The position numbers and the translations under genes are program-made. The notes below the pieces were generated by a model, which saw nothing but the letters and a program-made list of their open reading frames with translations, was not told the origin of the DNA and did no database searches. Below, piece after piece: positions 8,759-18,143 of a DNA stretch of 64,000 nt. The first letter of the stretch is position 1; each line of letters starts with the position of its first letter. The DNA is taken from assembly GCF_054482525.1 (NCBI RefSeq), contig NZ_CM137006.1, one strand, 5' to 3'.

Positions 8759-10809
8759 TGAGCGCGCTCAACTCCCTGCCATTACCGGTGGTCAGGCTGC
8801 TGGCGTTCTTTCATGAAGAGTTAAGCGAGCGGCGACCAGGCCGCGTGCCGCAGACTATGCAACTCTGGGTAGGCTGCCTGCTGGTGATTCTGATCTCGAT
8901 GACTTTTGAGATCCCTTTTGTGGCGTTATCGCTGGCAGTGCTGTTTTACGGTATTCAGTCGAACGCGTTTTACACCAAATTTGTCGCGATCTTGTTTGTG
9001 GTCGCCACGATGCTGGAGATCGGCAGCCTGTTTTTGATCTACAAATGGTCATATGGCGAACCGTTGATCCGATTGATCATCGCCGGACCGATCCTGATGG
9101 GCTGCATGTTTTTGATGCGCACCCATCGGCTGGGGCTGGTCTTTTTCGCCGTCGCCATTGTCGCTATTTACGGGCAAACCTTCCCCGCCATGCTCGACTA
9201 TCCGGAAGTGGTCGTGCGCTTAACCCTGTGGTGTATCGTTGTCGGCCTCTACCCGACGTTATTGATGACGTTAATCGGCGTGCTGTGGTTTCCCAGCCGC
9301 GCTATCACGCAGATGCATCAGGCGCTTAATGATCGGCTTGATGATGCCATTAGTCACCTGACGGACAGCCTCGCACCGCTACCCGAAACGCGGATTGAAA
9401 GAGAGGCGCTGGCGCTGCAAAAACTCAATGTCTTTTGCCTCGCGGACGATGCCAACTGGCGAACTCAGAGCGCATGGTGGCAAAGCTGCGTGGCAACGGT
9501 AACCTACATTTACTCGACGCTGAATCGCTACGATCCCACCTCTTTTGCTGATTCTCAGGCAATTATTGAATTTCGGCAAAAATTAGCCTCAGAAATCAAC
9601 AAACTGCAGCATGCCATTGCCGAAGGTCAGTGCTGGCAAAGCGACTGGCGGATCACTGAAAGTGAAGCGATGGCGGCACGGGAATGTAACCTGGAGAATA
9701 TCTGCCAGACATTGTTGCAACTGGGTCAGATGGACCCGAATACGCCGCCAACGCCCGCCGCCAAACCGCCATCAATGGTCGCCGATGCTTTTACCAATCC
9801 AGACTATATGCGCTACGCGGTAAAAACGCTGCTCGCCTGTTTGATCTGTTACACCTTCTACAGCGGCGTGGACTGGGAAGGCATTCACACCTGTATGCTG
9901 ACCTGCGTGATCGTCGCTAACCCGAATGTTGGTTCGTCGTATCAGAAAATGGCGCTGCGTTTTGGCGGTGCCTTCTGCGGTGCAATTCTGGCGCTGTTAT
10001 TCACGTTACTGGTCATGCCCTGGCTGGACAATATTGTCGAATTGCTATTTGTGCTGGCACCGATTTTTCTGTTGGGCGCATGGATTGCCACCAGCTCTGA
10101 ACGCTCTTCTTATATCGGCACACAGATGGTGGTCACCTTCGCGCTCGCCACGCTCGAAAACGTTTTTGGCCCGGTGTACGACCTGGTGGAAATTCGCGAT
10201 CGCGCCCTGGGTATCATCATTGGTACCGTGGTGTCCGCGGTGATTTACACCTTTGTCTGGCCTGAAAGTGAAGCGCGCACACTGCCGCAAAAACTGGCTG
10301 GCGCGCTGGGTATGTTGAGTAAAGTAATGCGGATCCCACGCCAGCAGGAAGTCACGGCTCTGCGCACTTATCTGCAAATTCGTATAGGTCTGCATGCGGC
10401 GTTTAATGCCTGTGAAGAGATGTGCCAACGCGTGGCGCTGGAGCGTCAACTGGACAGCGAAGAACGCGCTTTACTGATTGAACGTTCGCAAACGGTTATT
10501 CGTCAGGGCCGCGATATTCTTCACGCCTGGGATGCAACCTGGAACTCGGCGCAGGCGCTGGATAACGCACTACAGCCGGACAGAGCAGGTCAGTTTGCCG
10601 ACGCACTGGAGAAATACGCTGCCGGTCTGGCAACCGCACTCAGCCGTTCTCCTCAAATAACGCTTGAAGAAACACCCGCCTCGCAGGCCATCCTGCCGAC
10701 CTTATTAAAACAGGAACAACACGTCTGCCAGCTTTTCGCCCGCTTGCCAGACTGGACAGCCCCGGCATTAACGCCCGCCAAGGAACAGGTACAAGGAGCC
10801 ACGCAATGA
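8758..10809 (+). CDS. mdtO: MdtO, inner-membrane efflux transporter (aromatic acid exporter family)
   Basis: 683-aa polytopic membrane ORF, start overlaps mdtN stop. Confidence 0.85.
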   Translation: MSALNSLPLPVVRLLAFFHEELSERRPGRVPQTMQLWVGCLLVILISMTFEIPFVALSLAVLFYGIQSNAFYTKFVAILFVVATMLEIGSLFLIYKWSYGEPLIRLIIAGPILMGCMFLMRTHRLGLVFFAVAIVAIYGQTFPAMLDYPEVVVRLTLWCIVVGLYPTLLMTLIGVLWFPSRAITQMHQALNDRLDDAISHLTDSLAPLPETRIEREALALQKLNVFCLADDANWRTQSAWWQSCVATVTYIYSTLNRYDPTSFADSQAIIEFRQKLASEINKLQHAIAEGQCWQSDWRITESEAMAARECNLENICQTLLQLGQMDPNTPPTPAAKPPSMVADAFTNPDYMRYAVKTLLACLICYTFYSGVDWEGIHTCMLTCVIVANPNVGSSYQKMALRFGGAFCGAILALLFTLLVMPWLDNIVELLFVLAPIFLLGAWIATSSERSSYIGTQMVVTFALATLENVFGPVYDLVEIRDRALGIIIGTVVSAVIYTFVWPESEARTLPQKLAGALGMLSKVMRIPRQQEVTALRTYLQIRIGLHAAFNACEEMCQRVALERQLDSEERALLIERSQTVIRQGRDILHAWDATWNSAQALDNALQPDRAGQFADALEKYAAGLATALSRSPQITLEETPASQAILPTLLKQEQHVCQLFARLPDWTAPALTPAKEQVQGATQ

Positions 10810-12305
10810 TCAATCGTCAACTTTCACGTCTGCTGTTGTGCAGCATTCTCGGCAGCACGACGCTGATTTCCGGCTGTGCCCTGGTACGTAAGGATTCTGC
10901 ACCTCATCAACAGCTCAAACCGGAACAAATCAAACTGGCCGATGATATTCATCTTGCCAGCTCCGGCTGGCCGCAGGCGCAGTGGTGGAAACAACTCAAT
11001 GACCCGCAGCTGGATGCGCTGATCCAACGGACGCTAAGTGGTTCACACACCCTCGCCGAAGCGAAACTGCGGGAAGAAAAAGCGCAGTCGCAGGCCGATT
11101 TGTTAGATGCCGGTTCACAGTTGCAGGTGGCCGCGTTAGGGATGCTCAACCGACAACGTGTCTCGGCGAACGGCTTTTTAAGCCCTTATGCGATGGATGC
11201 GCCAGCACTGGGTATGGACGGGCCGTACTATACGGAAGCCACAGTCGGTTTGTTTGCCGGACTGGATCTTGATTTGTGGGGTGTGCATCGCTCAGCGGTT
11301 GCCGCCGCCATTGGCGCGCATAATGCCGCGCTGGCAGAAACCGCAGCAGTAGAGCTATCGCTGACCACGGGCGTAGCGCAGCTTTATTACAGTATGCAGG
11401 CCAGCTATCAGATGCTCGATCTGTTAGAACAAACACGCGATGTGATTGATTACGCGGTGAAAGCGCACCAGAGTAAAGTGGCGCACGGTCTGGAAGCGCA
11501 CCAGAGTAAAGTGGCGCACGGTCTGGAAGCGCAAGTGCCTTTCCACGGCGCGCGGGCACAGATTCTGGCGGTCGATAAACAAATTGCTGCCGTTAAAGGG
11601 CAAATCACCGAAACGCGAGAATCTCTGCGTGCATTGATTGGCGCGGGAGCCAGCGATATGCCGGAGATCAAACCGGTGGCATTACCGCAAGTCCAGACCG
11701 GCATTCCGGCGACACTCTCTTATGAGTTGCTCGCCAGACGCCCGGATCTGCAAGCCATGCGCTGGTATGTTCAGGCGTCATTAGATCAGGTGGATTCCGC
11801 GCGGGCGCTGTTCTATCCGAGCTTTGATATCAAAGCGTTTTTCGGCCTGGATTCTATCCACCTGGATACCTTATTCAAAAAAACCAGTCGCCAGTTCAAC
11901 TTTATCCCAGGTCTGAAATTGCCGCTGTTTGACGGTGGACGGTTGAATGCCAATCTCGAAGGCACTCGCGCCGCCAGCAACATGATGATTGAACGTTACA
12001 ACCAGTCAGTGCTGAATGCGGTGCGCGACGTTGCCGTCAACGGCACGCGTCTGCAAACGCTCAACGACGAGCGAGAGATGCAGGCTGAACGCGTGGAAGC
12101 AACGCGCTTCACCCAGCGCGCTGCCGAGGCCGCCTATCAACGCGGCTTAACCAGCCGCTTACAGGCCACCGAAGCCCGGTTGCCAGTGCTTGCCGAGGAG
12201 ATGTCATTACTGATGCTGGACAGCCGCCGGGTGATCCAAAGCATTCAGTTGATGAAATCGCTGGGCGGCGGGTATCAGGCAAGTCCCGTCGTCGAGAAAA
12301 AATAA
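10806..12305 (+). CDS. mdtP: MdtP, outer-membrane efflux factor (TolC/OprM family lipoprotein); 499 aa here, with an 11-aa in-frame tandem duplication
   Basis: Lipoprotein signal with LISGC lipobox; 499-aa ORF versus 488 aa recalled for K-12; contains duplicated HQSKVAHGLEA. Confidence 0.85.
   Translation: MINRQLSRLLLCSILGSTTLISGCALVRKDSAPHQQLKPEQIKLADDIHLASSGWPQAQWWKQLNDPQLDALIQRTLSGSHTLAEAKLREEKAQSQADLLDAGSQLQVAALGMLNRQRVSANGFLSPYAMDAPALGMDGPYYTEATVGLFAGLDLDLWGVHRSAVAAAIGAHNAALAETAAVELSLTTGVAQLYYSMQASYQMLDLLEQTRDVIDYAVKAHQSKVAHGLEAHQSKVAHGLEAQVPFHGARAQILAVDKQIAAVKGQITETRESLRALIGAGASDMPEIKPVALPQVQTGIPATLSYELLARRPDLQAMRWYVQASLDQVDSARALFYPSFDIKAFFGLDSIHLDTLFKKTSRQFNFIPGLKLPLFDGGRLNANLEGTRAASNMMIERYNQSVLNAVRDVAVNGTRLQTLNDEREMQAERVEATRFTQRAAEAAYQRGLTSRLQATEARLPVLAEEMSLLMLDSRRVIQSIQLMKSLGGGYQASPVVEKK
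11463..11528 (+). repeat. Perfect 33-bp direct tandem duplication inside mdtP
   Basis: GCGCACCAGAGTAAAGTGGCGCACGGTCTGGAA occurs twice back to back (11463-11495 and 11496-11528). Confidence 0.9.
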
Positions 12306-12307
12306 AA

Positions 12308-12336
12308 TGTCTGCCGCGTGATGGCTGTCACGCGGT
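12308..12336 (+). terminator. Rho-independent terminator after mdtP
   Basis: Hairpin GCCGCGTGA-TGGCTG-TCACGCGGT followed by ATTTCGTTT. Confidence 0.6.
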
Positions 12337-12435
12337 ATTTCGTTTCGTCACGTCAAAACTGACGACAGCCTGTTTTTCGTCAGAGTTTTGAATAAATAGT
12401 GCCCGTAATATCAGGGAATGACCCCAAATAAAATG

Positions 12436-12452
12436 TGGCATAAAAGATGCAT
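12436..12452 (+). promoter_or_regulatory. Sigma-54 (-24/-12) promoter of fdhF, preceded by FhlA-type upstream activating repeats (about 12340-12400)
   Basis: TGGCATAAAAGATGCA matches the TGGCAC-N5-TTGCA consensus; upstream TCGTCA/TGACGA repeats. Confidence 0.75.
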
Positions 12453-12502
12453 ACTGTAGTCGAGAGCGCGTATGCGTGATTTGATTAACTGGAGCGAGAC
12501 CG

Positions 12503-14650
12503 ATGAAAAAAGTCGTCACGGTTTGCCCCTATTGCGCATCAGGTTGCAAAATCAACCTGGTCGTCGATAACGGCAAAATCGTCCGGGCGGAGGCAGCGCA
12601 GGGGAAAACCAACCAGGGTACCCTGTGTCTGAAGGGTTATTATGGCTGGGATTTCATTAACGATACCCAGATCCTGACCCCGCGCCTGAAAACCCCCATG
12701 ATCCGTCGCCAGCGTGGCGGCAAACTCGAACCTGTTTCCTGGGATGAGGCACTGAATTACGTTGCCGAGCGCCTGAGCGCCATCAAAGAGAAGTACGGTC
12801 CGGATGCCATCCAGACGACCGGCTCCTCGCGTGGTACGGGTAACGAAACCAACTATGTAATGCAAAAATTTGCGCGCGCCGTTATTGGTACCAATAACGT
12901 TGACTGCTGCGCTCGTGTCTGACACGGCCCATCGGTTGCAGGTCTGCACCAATCGGTCGGTAATGGCGCAATGAGCAATGCTATTAACGAAATTGATAAT
13001 ACCGATTTAGTGTTCGTTTTCGGGTACAACCCGGCGGATTCCCACCCAATCGTGGCGAACCACGTAATTAACGCTAAACGTAACGGGGCGAAAATTATCG
13101 TCTGCGATCCGCGCAAAATTGAAACCGCGCGCATTGCTGACATGCACATTGCACTGAAAAACGGCTCGAACATCGCGCTGTTGAATGCGATGGGCCATGT
13201 CATTATTGAAGAAAATCTGTACGACAAAGCATTCGTCGCTTCCCGTACAGAAGGCTTTGAAGAGTATCGTAAAATCGTTGAAGGCTACACGCCGGAGTCG
13301 GTTGAAGATATCACCGGCGTCAGCGCCAATGAGATTCGTCAGGCGGCACGGATGTATGCCCAGGCGAAAAGCGCCGCCATCCTGTGGGGCATGGGTGTAA
13401 CCCAGTTCTACCAGGGCGTGGAAACCGTGCGTTCTCTGACCAGCCTCGCGATGCTGACCGGTAACCTCGGTAAGCCACATGCGGGTGTTAACCCGGTTCG
13501 TGGTCAGAACAACGTACAGGGTGCCTGCGATATGGGCGCGCTGCCGGATACGTATCCGGGATACCAGTACGTGAAAGATCCGGCTAACCGCGAGAAATTC
13601 GCCAAAGCCTGGGGCGTGGAAAGCCTGCCTGCTCATACCGGTTATCGCATCAGCGAGCTGCCGCACCGCGCAGCGCATGGTGAAGTGCGTGCCGCGTACA
13701 TTATGGGCGAAGATCCGCTGCAAACTGACGCGGAGCTGTCGGCAGTACGTAAAGCCTTTGAAGATCTGGAACTGGTTATCGTTCAGGACATCTTTATGAC
13801 CAAAACCGCGTCGGCGGCGGATGTTATTTTACCGTCAACGTCGTGGGGCGAGCATGAAGGCGTGTTTACTGCGGCTGACCGTGGCTTCCAGCGTTTCTTC
13901 AAAGCGGTTGAACCGAAGTGGGATCTGAAAACGGACTGGCAGATTATCAGTGAAATCGCCACTCGTATGGGTTATCCGATGCACTACAACAACACCCAGG
14001 AGATCTGGGATGAGTTGCGTCATCTGTGCCCGGATTTCTACGGTGCGACTTACGAGAAAATGGGCGAACTGGGCTTCATTCAGTGGCCTTGCCGCGATAC
14101 TTCAGATGCCGATCAGGGGACTTCTTATCTGTTTAAAGAGAAGTTTGATACCCCGAACGGTCTGGCGCAGTTCTTCACCTGCGACTGGGTAGCGCCAATC
14201 GACAAACTCACCGACGAGTACCCGATGGTACTGTCAACGGTGCGTGAAGTTGGTCACTACTCTTGCCGTTCGATGACCGGTAACTGTGCGGCACTGGCGG
14301 CGCTGGCTGATGAACCTGGCTACGCACAAATCAATACCGAAGACGCCAAACGTCTGGGTATTGAAGATGAGGCATTGGTTTGGGTGCACTCGCGTAAAGG
14401 CAAAATTATCACCCGTGCGCAGGTCAGCGATCGTCCGAACAAAGGGGCGATTTATATGACCTACCAGTGGTGGATTGGTGCCTGTAACGAGCTGGTTACC
14501 GAAAACTTAAGCCCGATTACGAAAACGCCGGAATACAAATACTGCGCCGTGCGCGTCGAGCCGATCGCCGATCAGCGCGCCGCCGAGCAGTACGTGATTG
14601 ACGAGTACAACAAGTTGAAAACTCGCCTGCGCGAAGCGGCACTGGCGTAA
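12503..14650 (+). CDS. fdhF: Formate dehydrogenase H, selenocysteine-containing (in-frame UGA at 12920-12922 is recoded)
   Basis: Two adjacent same-frame ORFs (12503-12922 and 12971-14650) joined by TGA; N-terminal MKKVVTVCPYCASGCKINL; Mo-bisPGD dehydrogenase; SECIS hairpin immediately 3' of the TGA. Confidence 0.92.
12920..12965 (+). promoter_or_regulatory. SECIS element (selenocysteine insertion sequence) of fdhF
   Basis: UGA followed directly by hairpin CACGGCCCATCGGTTGCAGGTCTGCACCAATCGGTCGG. Confidence 0.85.
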
Positions 14651-14663
14651 TACAGTCCTTTCT

Positions 14664-14691
14664 ACAGCCTCCTTTCGGAGGCTGTTTTTTT
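14664..14691 (+). terminator. Rho-independent terminator after fdhF
   Basis: ACAGCCTCC-TTTC-GGAGGCTGT followed by TTTTTTT. Confidence 0.85.
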
Positions 14692-14743
14692 ATCCATTCG
14701 AACTCTTTATACTGGTTACTCCCTACCCAATCGTATTATCAAA

Positions 14744-15433
14744 ATGAAAAAAATTATCGCATTGATGTTGTTTTTGACATTCTTTGCCCACGCGAACGAC
14801 TCCGAGCCTGGCAGCCAGTATTTAAAGGCAGCAGAGGCCGGGGACCGACGCGCACAATATTTTCTTGCCGACAGCTGGTTTAGCTCCGGCGATTTGAGCA
14901 AAGCCGAATATTGGGCACAGAAAGCCGCCGACAGCGGTGATGCTGATGCCTGCGCGCTGTTGGCGCAGATCAAAATCACCAATCCGGTCAGTCTGGACTA
15001 TCCACAAGCAAAAGTTCTTGCAGAGAAAGCAGCGCAAGCGGGGAGTAAAGAAGGTGAAGTAACGCTGGCGCATATTCTGGTAAATACGCAAGCGGGTAAA
15101 CCGGATTATCCAAAGGCGATTTCGCTGTTAGAAAACGCTTCGGAAGATCTGGAGAACGACTCTGCCGTCGATGCCCAAATGCTGCTTGGTTTGATTTACG
15201 CCAACGGCGTGGGCATTAAGGCCGACGATGACAAGGCAACCTGGTATTTCAAACGCAGCTCTGCGATTTCACGAACCGGTTATTCCGAGTACTGGGCGGG
15301 AATGATGTTCTTAAACGGTGAAGAAGGTTTTATCGAGAAGAACAAACAAAAGGCGCTGCACTGGCTGAACCTGAGCTGTATGGAAGGGTTTGATACCGGG
15401 TGTGAGGAGTTTGAAAAATTAACTAACGGTTAA
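14744..15433 (+). CDS. yjcO: YjcO, Sel1-repeat (TPR-like) periplasmic protein
   Basis: 229-aa ORF with signal peptide and repeated Sel1-like A-x-Y/W-x-A-x-G motifs. Confidence 0.8.
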   Translation: MKKIIALMLFLTFFAHANDSEPGSQYLKAAEAGDRRAQYFLADSWFSSGDLSKAEYWAQKAADSGDADACALLAQIKITNPVSLDYPQAKVLAEKAAQAGSKEGEVTLAHILVNTQAGKPDYPKAISLLENASEDLENDSAVDAQMLLGLIYANGVGIKADDDKATWYFKRSSAISRTGYSEYWAGMMFLNGEEGFIEKNKQKALHWLNLSCMEGFDTGCEEFEKLTNG

Positions 15434-15435
15434 GG

Positions 15436-15472
15436 TAGGCCTGATAAGACGCGGTAAGCGTCGCATCAGGCA
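15436..15472. repeat. REP (repetitive extragenic palindrome) element
   Basis: GTAGGCCTGATAAGACGCGGTAAGCGTCGCATCAGGC between convergent yjcO and gltP. Confidence 0.7.
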
Positions 15473-15511
15473 TCCACATATTGCCGGGTGGATATCCCCG
15501 GCAATCTTCAA

Positions 15512-16825
15512 TTATTGATCCGCAGTTTTATCAAATTTGCCCAGCACTTCACGCTCATAAGCCAGCGCTTTCTTACGGTCAAATTTGTGTTCCCACTTGG
15601 CAATCACCAGCACCGCCAGCGCATTACCCACCACGTTCAGCGCAGTACGCGCCATATCGAGGATACGGTCAACACCGGCAATAAATGCCAGACCTTCCAG
15701 CGGAATACCTACGCTACCCAGCGTTGCCAGCAGCACCACAAACGACACGCCCGGCACGCCAGCAATCCCTTTCGAGGTCACCATCAGCGTCAGCACCAGA
15801 ATGATTTCCTGCCAGATGGACAGGTCAATGCCATACAACTGCGCGATGAAGATAGCGGCAATACTTTGATACAGCGTCGAACCATCAAGGTTAAAAGAGT
15901 AACCGGTCGGCACCACGAAACTGGTGATCGACGCCGGTGCACCGTAGGCTTCCATCTTCTCAATAATTCGCGGCAACACGCTTTCAGAGCTGGCAGTGGA
16001 GTACGCCAGAATCAGCTCATCTTTCAGAATACGAATCAGGATCCAGACGCTTAACCCGCACAGGCGCGCCACAATTCCCAGCACTACCAGCGCGAAGAAC
16101 AGAATGGCGAAATGCACCAGCAGCACCAGTTTCGCCAGTGGCCACAGAGAAGAGAAACCAAAGTTAGCCACCGTCACCGCAATCAGCGCAAACACACCCA
16201 CCGGTGCATAACGCATCACCATGTGAGTCACTTTAAACATGGTTTCAGAGATGGAGCGGAACACGGTCACCAGCGGTTCACGATGCGTCGCGGGCAGGGA
16301 GGAAAGCCCCAGACCAAACAGCACCGAGAAGAAGATGATCGGCAGCATTTCGCCTTTCGCCATCGACGCCACAATGTTCGTCGGCACCAGCGACAAAATC
16401 GTGCCCATAATGCCGTGGGAACTGCTTTGTACCGCTTCCGTAGTGCTCTGATATTTCGAGATATCGACGGTCGCCAGCTGCGACATATCCACCCCGGCAC
16501 CGGGCTGGAAGACGTTCGCCAGAGTGATCCCCAAAATGATGGCGACGGTGGTGATCACCTCGAAGTAAATAATGGTTTTCGCGCCAATACGCCCGAGCTG
16601 TTTGGCATCACCAACACCCGCGATACCCACCACCAGCGTGGAGATCACAATCGGCACAACAATCATTTTGATCAGATGGATGAAGATATCACCCGCCGGA
16701 GAGAGCAAATTGACGACCAGCCAGTCGCGGCTGTCGCTATGGTAGTGCAGGTAGCTTCCCAGGAGAATGCCCAGCACCATAGCAAACAGAATCTGCCAAG
16801 CCAGGCTGAATTTTATATTTTTCAT
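15512..16825 (-). CDS. gltP: GltP, proton/glutamate-aspartate symporter
   Basis: 437-aa polytopic ORF of the dicarboxylate/amino-acid:cation symporter family; synteny. Confidence 0.9.
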   Translation of the reverse strand: MKNIKFSLAWQILFAMVLGILLGSYLHYHSDSRDWLVVNLLSPAGDIFIHLIKMIVVPIVISTLVVGIAGVGDAKQLGRIGAKTIIYFEVITTVAIILGITLANVFQPGAGVDMSQLATVDISKYQSTTEAVQSSSHGIMGTILSLVPTNIVASMAKGEMLPIIFFSVLFGLGLSSLPATHREPLVTVFRSISETMFKVTHMVMRYAPVGVFALIAVTVANFGFSSLWPLAKLVLLVHFAILFFALVVLGIVARLCGLSVWILIRILKDELILAYSTASSESVLPRIIEKMEAYGAPASITSFVVPTGYSFNLDGSTLYQSIAAIFIAQLYGIDLSIWQEIILVLTLMVTSKGIAGVPGVSFVVLLATLGSVGIPLEGLAFIAGVDRILDMARTALNVVGNALAVLVIAKWEHKFDRKKALAYEREVLGKFDKTADQ

Positions 16826-17166
16826 CAGAATAACTTCCTCAATGGAGCGCCGTTCCCCGTTCAGAAACGCGAGAACGTGACATACTGCCAGGGCATGAAT
16901 TGTGTTGCGTTGGTTTGTAGATTTTTTTAACGCTTATGATCAGTATCATTTGCGCGGTATGTTGCGCAACCCTTTAACAACAGAGCTTTTCGCTGCATTA
17001 ATGCATAATAACGCGAGTTTATGGCAGGATTAATGAATAACCATTTGTTATGGAAAGATTTTTATTTGTTTAATCTGCAATAATACTGATTGGTTATTAT
17101 TTTTGGCATATGTTCATTCGATTATTTTTTATGCAGCTCAATAACATAATCTTCATCACCAGATGA

Positions 17167-17763
17167 TTAATCTGATCTCCGCTGCAACAGTTTCGCCAAA
17201 TTAATCGACTCGACCAGCTGTGTCCGGTTGATCCGGGGTGAGTTGAGATCCATCACTTTTTGCCATAGTTCGATGGCTTGCGCGTAATTCGCCTGCATAA
17301 ACGCATCGGAAGCCAGCAGCATCAGAGCGGTGATTTCGTTAGAGTCCAGCGCGAGGGCTTTGTCGATCATTGCGCGAGTCTGGGCGGTCATATGCTGGCT
17401 GGCCTGGTAATAAAGCACCGTCGCCAGCGCCGCATACAGTTCAGCGTTCTCACCACGTAGTTGCAACGCCTGACGGTACGCCAGCAGCGAATTGCTGTAA
17501 TCGTTTTGCCACAGATAATACTCGCCCAGTAACGCCCATTGTTCGCTGTTTTGTGGATTAGTGCGGATTTTATCCTGCAATGCCTGAAGCTGCGCTTCCG
17601 GGGTTTGCTGGTTGGCAAACTGATGTAGCGGATCGCGCTGACGCTGATACTCCGCACGTACCGCCTGCCATTTTGGGCTTAACAGATAACTGCCGATACA
17701 GAGAAATACCATCAATATCGTGAGTGTTGTCAGCATTTTCACCGGTATTTGAGGCTGTTTCAT
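17167..17763 (-). CDS. nrfG: NrfG, TPR-repeat heme lyase accessory protein
   Basis: Start [10 protein letters not shown] overlaps nrfF stop; TPR repeats; operon position. Confidence 0.8.
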   Translation of the reverse strand: MKQPQIPVKMLTTLTILMVFLCIGSYLLSPKWQAVRAEYQRQRDPLHQFANQQTPEAQLQALQDKIRTNPQNSEQWALLGEYYLWQNDYSNSLLAYRQALQLRGENAELYAALATVLYYQASQHMTAQTRAMIDKALALDSNEITALMLLASDAFMQANYAQAIELWQKVMDLNSPRINRTQLVESINLAKLLQRRSD

Positions 17764-18143
17764 CGCTTCGCCCTTACCCGCCAGAGGATCAGTATCATCA
17801 GCAGTAACAACACCACTGGCAGCGCCCACAACACCAGAGTCTGACCGGTTAACGGTGGGTTATAGCGAACAAAATCTCCGTAGCGTTCGGTCATCCAGCC
17901 AATGATTTCGACTTCACTTTTCCCCTCCGCCACCATGCTGTAAACCTGATGGCGCATACTGACTGCCACCGGCGCATTGGATTCCAGTAAGTTTTGATTC
18001 TGGCACTGCGGACAACGTAACTGGCTGGCAATATTTAACGCCTGTTCCTGTTGTTGCGGATTGGCGAATTGCCAGGTGTCTACAACCTGAGCGCGCGCAA
18101 AACAGGTAAATAACAGCAGTAGCGTGAGAAGCGCTTTATTCAT
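17760..18143 (-). CDS. nrfF: NrfF, CcmH-like heme lyase subunit
   Basis: 127-aa ORF with signal peptide and CPQC thiol-redox motif (LRCPQCQNQ). Confidence 0.85.
   Translation of the reverse strand: MNKALLTLLLLFTCFARAQVVDTWQFANPQQQEQALNIASQLRCPQCQNQNLLESNAPVAVSMRHQVYSMVAEGKSEVEIIGWMTERYGDFVRYNPPLTGQTLVLWALPVVLLLLMILILWRVRAKR

Noticed and set aside
15488-16930. Plus-strand ORFs (188 aa and 272 aa) overlapping gltP
   Set aside because: Antisense to the conserved gltP transporter gene; His/Arg/Gln-rich compositions indicate artefacts of the coding strand's codon bias.
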